Part shown: in pieces, positions 59,301 through 64,000 of the stretch | Numbering within the stretch: position 1 is the stretch's first letter | How the letters are laid out: each line of letters begins with the position of its first letter | NCBI GenBank assembly: GCA_021513695.1 | Contig: CP084166.1 | Location: forward strand, 1,856,001-1,920,000 | DNA from: Candidatus Heimdallarchaeum aukensis | GTDB lineage: Archaea; Asgardarchaeota; Heimdallarchaeia; Heimdallarchaeales; Heimdallarchaeaceae | DNA: 64,000 nucleotides | Direction of reading: 5' to 3' | Notes under the pieces: generated by a model | Database searches by the model: none | What the model saw: only the letters and a program-made list of their open reading frames with translations | What the model was told of the DNA's origin: nothing | Position numbers and translations under genes: made by a program

Positions 59301-59802
59301 AGAAGATCTTTTAGAGACAATGGGATTGCATCCACTAGGCAGAGAAGTAATGTATGATGGAAAAAGCGGTAAAAAACTTGAAGGGACAATATTCTTTGGT
59401 TCCGTATTTTATCAGAAACTACATCACTTAGTTCAAGATAAAATACATGCTAGAGCGAGAGGACCAATACAAATGCTGACACGACAGCCTACAGAAGGTA
59501 GAGCAAGAGAGGGTGGATTGCGATTTGGAGAAATGGAACGAGATTGTTTAATTGGACATGGAACATCAATACTACTGAAAGAAAGATTACTAGATGAATC
59601 TGACAAAACTGAAGCTTTTATCTGCTCAAAGTGTGGATTTTTAGCAATGCATGATAAAAATAAAGACAGGTATCATTGTCCAGTGTGCAAAGAAGAAACA
59701 ACTGTGTCAAGAGTAATAATAAGCTATGCTTTCAAACTATTACTACAAGAATTAATGTCACTAGGTATTGCACCACATATTGAACTCGAAGACATAGCTT
59801 AA
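56398..59802 (+). CDS. rpoB: DNA-directed RNA polymerase subunit B (unsplit Rpo2)
   Basis: 1134 aa with the NADFDGD-partner region, Rpb2 fork/hybrid-binding domains, and a C-terminal zinc ribbon CSKCG...CPVC. No intein and no B'/B'' split. Confidence 0.95.
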   Translation: MSKTKLNSSSQKNNNDRWVYINRMFDELGLVRQHLDSFNSFIEHGLQSVLEEIKIIEPEDSDYYIRLDKIEVEEPTVREADGSQSTIYPMEARIRNLTYASRMFLYMTPIKREAEGEIDTPKEQARVFIGYLPIMLKSKKCSLYNLSKESLIRNGEDPSDPGGYFIINGSERVIVTQEDLAPNRILIEDVSSKGNITSEAKVFSVIHGFRAPVTAEHTADGQLRVSFPSMPRKISLILLMRALGIERDDMIAMAISPTPKLRSRVMSILMREDSDIDSTESALDYIGKRVAVGQTKEYRINRAQQVLDKYLLPHLGSDEKSRIRKAFFLARMAQRLLELEAGIRPKDDKDHYANKRLKLAGDLLLMLYRVAFHALCRDIKYQLERVTVRGKKPNLKTAVRADLITERLRHALATGNWTGGKSGVSQLLDRTNYMSALSHLRRVVSPLSRSQPHFEARDLHPTHYGKICPNETPEGPNCGLVKNLALQAYISVGIDEKVVEQKLIKLLNLIPINYEEMTTPDSPGMDLLKDPQNTKIFLNGRFIGIAKDGWEFRNKLIEKRRKGEFHHEVNVSFYEETNELIINCDAGRVRRPLIVVENGVPLTSKIPESKVAKITWSELIQMGVIEYVDAEEEENLLIALDEKGITKETTHMEITTSTILGICASLIPYPEHNRSDRNVYEAGMAKQALGVYAANFKYRVDTRAHILHYAQKPLVKTHGMDAINFDNRPAGQNFVVAVLSYEGYNMEDALLINKASIERGLGRSTFYRTYEAEERKYPNGQEDTFEVPDDTVRGYKDVSQYVHLGEDGIIEPEIEVDGNRGEVLIGRTSPPRFLEEYTEFDVPPQNRRETSKAMRHGEKGISDMVILTDTNEGNKLVKVRVRSDRIPEIGDKFASRHGQKGVIGLIIPQEDMPFTENGIVPDIIINPHAVPSRMTVGMLMELLAGKAAAQRGKEIYATAFSEVSIKDLEDLLETMGLHPLGREVMYDGKSGKKLEGTIFFGSVFYQKLHHLVQDKIHARARGPIQMLTRQPTEGRAREGGLRFGEMERDCLIGHGTSILLKERLLDESDKTEAFICSKCGFLAMHDKNKDRYHCPVCKEETTVSRVIISYAFKLLLQELMSLGIAPHIELEDIA

Positions 59803-59945
59803 TATTCAAAAAACTATCATTTCTTTTTTTATTTTTACAATTTTTATATATGAAGAGTGAATATCAAAGGTAAAAAATCGAGAATCATTTATCCAATAGA
59901 ATAACATTTAAAATCGAAATAAAAGAAGTAATGATGTTTATTCAA

Positions 59946-60030
59946 GCGGGGATAGCCAAGCGGTCAAAGGCGTATGGTTCAGGCCCATATTCTTAGTGAT
60001 TCGGGAGTTCGAATCTCCCTCCCCGCACCA
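59946..60030 (+). tRNA. tRNA-Leu (anticodon CAG); CCA encoded
   Basis: Acceptor GCGGGGA/TCCCCGC, anticodon stem TATGG/CCATA with loop TTCAGGC, long variable arm, T arm GGGAG-TTCGAAT-CTCCC, then A-CCA. Confidence 0.85.
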
Positions 60031-60047
60031 ATATAAAAAAAAGAATT

Positions 60048-60557
60048 TTGAGTGATACAATGAAAATTGGAATAATGAGTGATTCGCACGATAAAAGAGA
60101 AAACATAAGAAAAGCGCTAAAAATTTTTGAAAAAAATGAAGTAGAAACCGTTATTCATGCAGGAGATCTTATTTCTCCTTTTTGTATCGAATTGTTCAAC
60201 AATTATACAGGAAAATTTTATTTGTGTGAAGGAAATAATAAAGGAGATATAGTACTAATTAATGAAAAAATAGAAGGAAGAGGATATTTCTTCGAAGATA
60301 TTGGCAAATTTATTTTAGATAATAAGAAATTTGCATTATACCATGGTACAAAAACAGAGGTGTTAAATAGTTTAATTTATGGCAAAGAAAGATTTGATTA
60401 CGTAATTTATGGACATTCACATAAAAAAGTACTAAAAAAAATAGAAAATACATTAGTTATAAATCCTGGAGAAGTTTATGATTTGTACGGAGATCCATCT
60501 GTTGCAATTTTAGACACAAAAACAAATTCAGTAAAGTTCTTTCATTTATATAGATAG
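60048..60557 (+). CDS. Metallophosphoesterase (YfcE/MJ0936-like)
   Basis: 169 aa with MKIGIMSDSHD, HAGD, GN and GHSH motifs. Confidence 0.7.
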   Translation: MSDTMKIGIMSDSHDKRENIRKALKIFEKNEVETVIHAGDLISPFCIELFNNYTGKFYLCEGNNKGDIVLINEKIEGRGYFFEDIGKFILDNKKFALYHGTKTEVLNSLIYGKERFDYVIYGHSHKKVLKKIENTLVINPGEVYDLYGDPSVAILDTKTNSVKFFHLYR

Positions 60558-60565
60558 TTAAAAAG

Positions 60566-61753
60566 TTGAAATCTATGCAAAAAACATATAATCTAAAGCT
60601 ACCTATTATTTCAGACGAATTATTTAACTATTTAAATAATCTACTGGGAAAAAAAGTATCCAAAAAATATCTTAAATCAATAATTACACCAATGGAAAAA
60701 TATACTCTGCATATTTTCAAAAACTATGAAGAAGTAGATGTAATATTAAAGAAATTACATGAGCATGAATATAAGGCACATGTAAACAAAAGATTCCAAA
60801 ATCTAATCGAAGTAAAACCAAAAGGACCTTTCAAGCTAATTATTGAAGAAGAATTAAAAGAAATAGTGGTAGACAATATAGCTTCTGAAATGATTTATCA
60901 AGGCGCTGATGTTTTTATACCAGGAATAAAAAGAGCAAATAAAGTGAAAAAAAAAGACCAAGTGAAGATTGTTAGTCAAGAACAAATTTTGGTCGCTAAA
61001 GCAAAAGCTCTAATGAGTCATAATGAAATTTTATCCAAAAAAAGAGGGATAGCAGCAAAAAATACTCTTTCTCCATATAGAGTGCCTTCATTACTTGAAT
61101 TGCAGATGGAAAATGAGCCCCTTTTCTTTCAAAGCTTCCCAGCATACTTAGCAGCATTAAACATAGACCCGGGGTCTGAAGACAAGATTTTAGATTGTTG
61201 CTCAGCTCCAGGAAACAAAACTATTCATTTACATGAGCTCTCTGGCGGGAAAAGTAAAATTGTTGCAGTAGACCGATCAAATAATAGATTACAGAAATTA
61301 AATGAACGAATTAAAAAGTTCAAATTACACAATATTAATACTTTTAAGGGCGATATTATTGAAATGAGTAAAAATTGGCAAGTAAAATTTGATAAAGTTC
61401 TTGTAGACCCTCCTTGTACAGCACTAGGACTACGACCTAGACTTCATTTGAAAATATCACATAAAATCATAAAAGAAAGTGCAAAATACCAAAAAAAGAT
61501 TTTAAAGGCTTGTAGCAAAATGCTAAAAAATAAAGGAATTTTAGTCTATTCTACATGTACAATAACAAAAGAGGAAAATGAAGATGTTATAGAGCATATA
61601 ATTAGCAACTCTGATTTGAAATTAGTAGAACAAGAATTTCAATATGGAAATACATACTTAAACCAAAGTCAAATTCAAAAAGGTATTCAGAGATTTATTC
61701 CTGGAATTGATAAAACTGTTGGATTCTTCATCGCAAAATTGCAGAAAAAATAG
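60566..61753 (+). CDS. NOL1/NOP2/Sun-family RNA cytosine-C5 methyltransferase with an N-terminal PUA-like domain
   Basis: 395 aa with LDCCSAPGNKT (SAM-binding motif I), VLVDPPCTALG (motif IV Pro-Cys) and YSTCT (motif VI Thr-Cys). Confidence 0.7.
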   Translation: MKSMQKTYNLKLPIISDELFNYLNNLLGKKVSKKYLKSIITPMEKYTLHIFKNYEEVDVILKKLHEHEYKAHVNKRFQNLIEVKPKGPFKLIIEEELKEIVVDNIASEMIYQGADVFIPGIKRANKVKKKDQVKIVSQEQILVAKAKALMSHNEILSKKRGIAAKNTLSPYRVPSLLELQMENEPLFFQSFPAYLAALNIDPGSEDKILDCCSAPGNKTIHLHELSGGKSKIVAVDRSNNRLQKLNERIKKFKLHNINTFKGDIIEMSKNWQVKFDKVLVDPPCTALGLRPRLHLKISHKIIKESAKYQKKILKACSKMLKNKGILVYSTCTITKEENEDVIEHIISNSDLKLVEQEFQYGNTYLNQSQIQKGIQRFIPGIDKTVGFFIAKLQKK

Positions 61754-61790
61754 TTGTTGTGTTTAAATACTGAGAAGTGGTATAATAAGC

Positions 61791-61985
61791 ATGTCTATCC
61801 AAAAGATAATACCAAAAGAAGATTTGAAAATTGAAGACATCAGGGCTACACAGAAAAGAGGAGAGGTTTTACAAGTAGCTCCAAGAATATACCAAGTTAT
61901 TATTTATAAACAGCCAGATAGAAAAATTTTCACGACATCAATTGACAGAGCAATAAATATTTTACTTCTAGAGGATTTAGAATAA
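61791..61985 (+). CDS. Hypothetical small protein
   Basis: 64-aa ORF in a tight gene array. No recognisable motif. Confidence 0.25.
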   Translation: MSIQKIIPKEDLKIEDIRATQKRGEVLQVAPRIYQVIIYKQPDRKIFTTSIDRAINILLLEDLE

Positions 61986-62016
61986 AAAAAATTGTAAATA
62001 CTAGTTGAAAATATAT

Positions 62017-63042
62017 TTACACATTAAGTTTTTGCATTATCCAAGGAGAAAGAAGAATTAAAACGGGGCCTAATAGGGCATAACGAATAATATCTAGAGT
62101 AGGTTTAATCCCTACCCAAGCAACGGATTCTATGATTAGGTTAAATAATACCTTAAGCCCATAATAGAACAGAATAAGCATAACTACTCCAATTATAACG
62201 CGTATAATATATTTCCACCACTTATCAGGTTTAGAATTGAAGTTAACAAAGTCTTTTTCAACAGCGTAGGAGAGAGTTGCAGTAGAAAATAATGTTATAA
62301 GTTTTAACATATCAAGAAGGGGAGTAACTTGTGTTCCATTAACCACAAGGTTGGAAGGCAACACAACAATAACAGGAATAATAAGGAATATAAAAAGTAA
62401 AAAGCTCAATATTACCTTATACCTCGTTGCTAGTGAATTTACATAATTAGTTATTTTATCTTCAAATTCAATAAAAAAAGCTAGAATTAATAAGCCAAGG
62501 CCAAGGCCCATTAGTACATCAGTAAACCAGTGTACAGCTAGAATAATTCTGCTAAATCCAATTAACAGGACTAATAAAATAGATACAATATAAATCCACC
62601 ATTTTTTAATTAGTAAAGCAAAACTTCCCCAAAAGGATGTTGCTATTTGAGTATGACCACTCGGAAGGCCAGGTGAAGTTTCCTCTGAACCTTTATACCA
62701 TAACTCTTGATTAGGTCGCTCTAGTTTAAATGAATATTTAAAAAGCCCATTCACGACTGTAGAACTTAAAACAACTGCCATAATCTTATATGCTTTAGAC
62801 TTGTCCCACGTGTAATAGAGTATAGTAATTATACCTATGTATACAAGCTCTTCTCCTAAGTGAGTAATAATATAAAAAATAATGGAGATAACTTCATTTC
62901 TGCTTGAATAAAAATAATTAGTAATTGTTTGATCAATATTGTTTCTAACAGGATAAGTAGAATAGACAATTATAAGCGAAATAACAATTAAACAAGAGCC
63001 CAATAACACAAAAAGTAAAGAAATCCAATGTTTTAATTTCAT
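62017..63042 (-). CDS. PAP2-family membrane phosphatase
   Basis: 341-aa polytopic membrane protein with KLERP...PSGHT...SRIILAVHWFTDV (KxxxxxxRP / PSGH / SRxxxxxHxxxD acid-phosphatase motifs). Confidence 0.6.
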   Translation of the reverse strand: MKLKHWISLLFVLLGSCLIVISLIIVYSTYPVRNNIDQTITNYFYSSRNEVISIIFYIITHLGEELVYIGIITILYYTWDKSKAYKIMAVVLSSTVVNGLFKYSFKLERPNQELWYKGSEETSPGLPSGHTQIATSFWGSFALLIKKWWIYIVSILLVLLIGFSRIILAVHWFTDVLMGLGLGLLILAFFIEFEDKITNYVNSLATRYKVILSFLLFIFLIIPVIVVLPSNLVVNGTQVTPLLDMLKLITLFSTATLSYAVEKDFVNFNSKPDKWWKYIIRVIIGVVMLILFYYGLKVLFNLIIESVAWVGIKPTLDIIRYALLGPVLILLSPWIMQKLNV

Positions 63043-63286
63043 GGTAAACTTTTTTTTACAAGCTTTTTAAAGTTTAATAATAGAAGATAGAGAGAGGGAG
63101 AAAAAGCGCCATAGAATTTTCCGAGAGTAAGATTGGCGTACAATCATCTTGTATAAAAATCAAATTAATAGGTTAAGAAATGGAATGAAAGATTTATTTT
63201 TTTAGGAATTCAATTTACCCAGATAAAAGATATGACTAGAGAATCTTTGTCTTTGAACAGTATATTTTTAAGTAAATTATTGATGG

Positions 63287-63889
63287 GTGATGCTGAGAGT
63301 AATGAGTGCAGAATCTAATAGTGAAAGTAACATTCGCCTATTTAATAAATGGAGCTTTGATGAAGTAGAAGTTGCAGATTTAGGCTTACAAAGATATATC
63401 AGTTTACGTCCTGTAATAATTCCACATAGTGGAGGAAGATTTCAAGACCAGAGGTTTAAGAAATCAGAGATGAATATTGTAGAACGTTTTGTCAATAAAC
63501 TCATGAAAAAAGGGCGTAATGCAGGTAAGAAGCAAAGAATAATCAATATTGTAAAAACTGCTTTTGAAATAATTCACTTAAGAACAGGCAAAAATCCAAT
63601 TCAAGTATTAGTTGATGCGATAATATATTCTGCTCCAAGAGAAGAAACAACAAGAATCACCTGGGGAGGAGTTGCTCAACACTCAAGTGTTGACATTGCT
63701 CCACAAAGGAGAGTGGACTTGGCTTTAAGATATTTAGCAGAAGCAATTAAACAAAAGTCTTTTAATAACATTAAAAGTGTTGACGAAATCGTAGCAGAAG
63801 AGTTAATATTAGCATCAAACAATGACCTCAATTCTGCAGCAGTTAAGAAGAAAGCTGAAGTAGAAAGGATAGCTCTATCAGCAAGATAA
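63287..63889 (+). CDS. rps7: 30S ribosomal protein S7 (uS7)
   Basis: 200 aa ending ...KKAEVERIALSAR with the conserved central uS7 region. An internal Met may be the true start. Confidence 0.85.
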   Translation: MMLRVMSAESNSESNIRLFNKWSFDEVEVADLGLQRYISLRPVIIPHSGGRFQDQRFKKSEMNIVERFVNKLMKKGRNAGKKQRIINIVKTAFEIIHLRTGKNPIQVLVDAIIYSAPREETTRITWGGVAQHSSVDIAPQRRVDLALRYLAEAIKQKSFNNIKSVDEIVAEELILASNNDLNSAAVKKKAEVERIALSAR

Positions 63890-63900
63890 GGTGAAAAAAT

Positions 63901-64000
63901 ATGGGAAAGAGACCAGCAAGTTGTTATAGATATACACGCGGGCCAGCAAACACTCGTACAGACAAATTTGTTAGAGGTGTGCCAGACCCAAGAATAAGAG
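63901..64000 (+). CDS. rpl10e: 50S ribosomal protein L10e (uL16), partial N-terminus
   Basis: Translation MGKRPASCYRYTRGPANTRTDKFVRGVPDPRIR matches the L10e start (RPARCYR...RFCRGVPDPKIRI). The gene runs off the window end. Confidence 0.75.
   Translation, partial: MGKRPASCYRYTRGPANTRTDKFVRGVPDPRIR

Noticed and set aside
61791-61985. 64-aa ORF considered as RpoH (Rpb5-like) because rpoH is missing upstream of rpoB
   Set aside because: The sequence lacks the RpoH signatures (HxLVPxH, TAG...YR). It is retained only as a hypothetical ORF.

Overview
This is an AT-rich (~30-33% GC) archaeal chromosomal window with genes densely packed on both strands. Identifiable genes include ribosomal proteins (S9 partial, L13, L18e, S12, L2, L23, L4, L3, S7, L10e partial), RNA polymerase subunits (RpoD, RpoA', RpoA'' with an intein, unsplit RpoB), transcription and translation factors (TFS, TFB, NusA, aIF5A), replication and repair proteins (Orc1/Cdc6, RFC small subunit, family-4 UDG), RNA and ribosome biogenesis proteins (NOG1, Nob1, NSUN methyltransferase, TruA, FAU-1-like), and other housekeeping genes. 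Nine tRNA genes were found and five carry introns: Leu-CAA, Ser-CGA and Met-CAU in the anticodon loop, Ala-CGC apparently in the T-loop, and Glu-CUC in both the anticodon loop and the T-loop. Mobile or accessory content is a solo TnpB (IS200/IS605 OrfB) with elevated GC inserted next to tRNA-Leu, a LAGLIDADG intein in rpoA'', and a degenerate ~1 kb IS481-like element flanked by 15-bp direct repeats. Other accessory features are a near-identical 2.2-kb tandem duplication covering part of rpl3 plus nob1 and nadK, a bacterial-type Tad/Flp-like pilus locus, tandem FKBP-TM-zinc-ribbon membrane paralogs beside a secreted HExxH metalloprotease, a Rab-like small GTPase and a Panacea(DUF4065)-like protein. 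The canonical rpoH-rpoB-rpoA'-rpoA''-L30e-nusA-S12-S7-EF2 cluster is fragmented. No rRNA or CRISPR array was seen. Lineage cannot be assigned from the sequence alone; the non-canonical tRNA introns, unsplit rpoB and Rab-like GTPase are compatible with a TACK/Asgard/DPANN-type archaeon.
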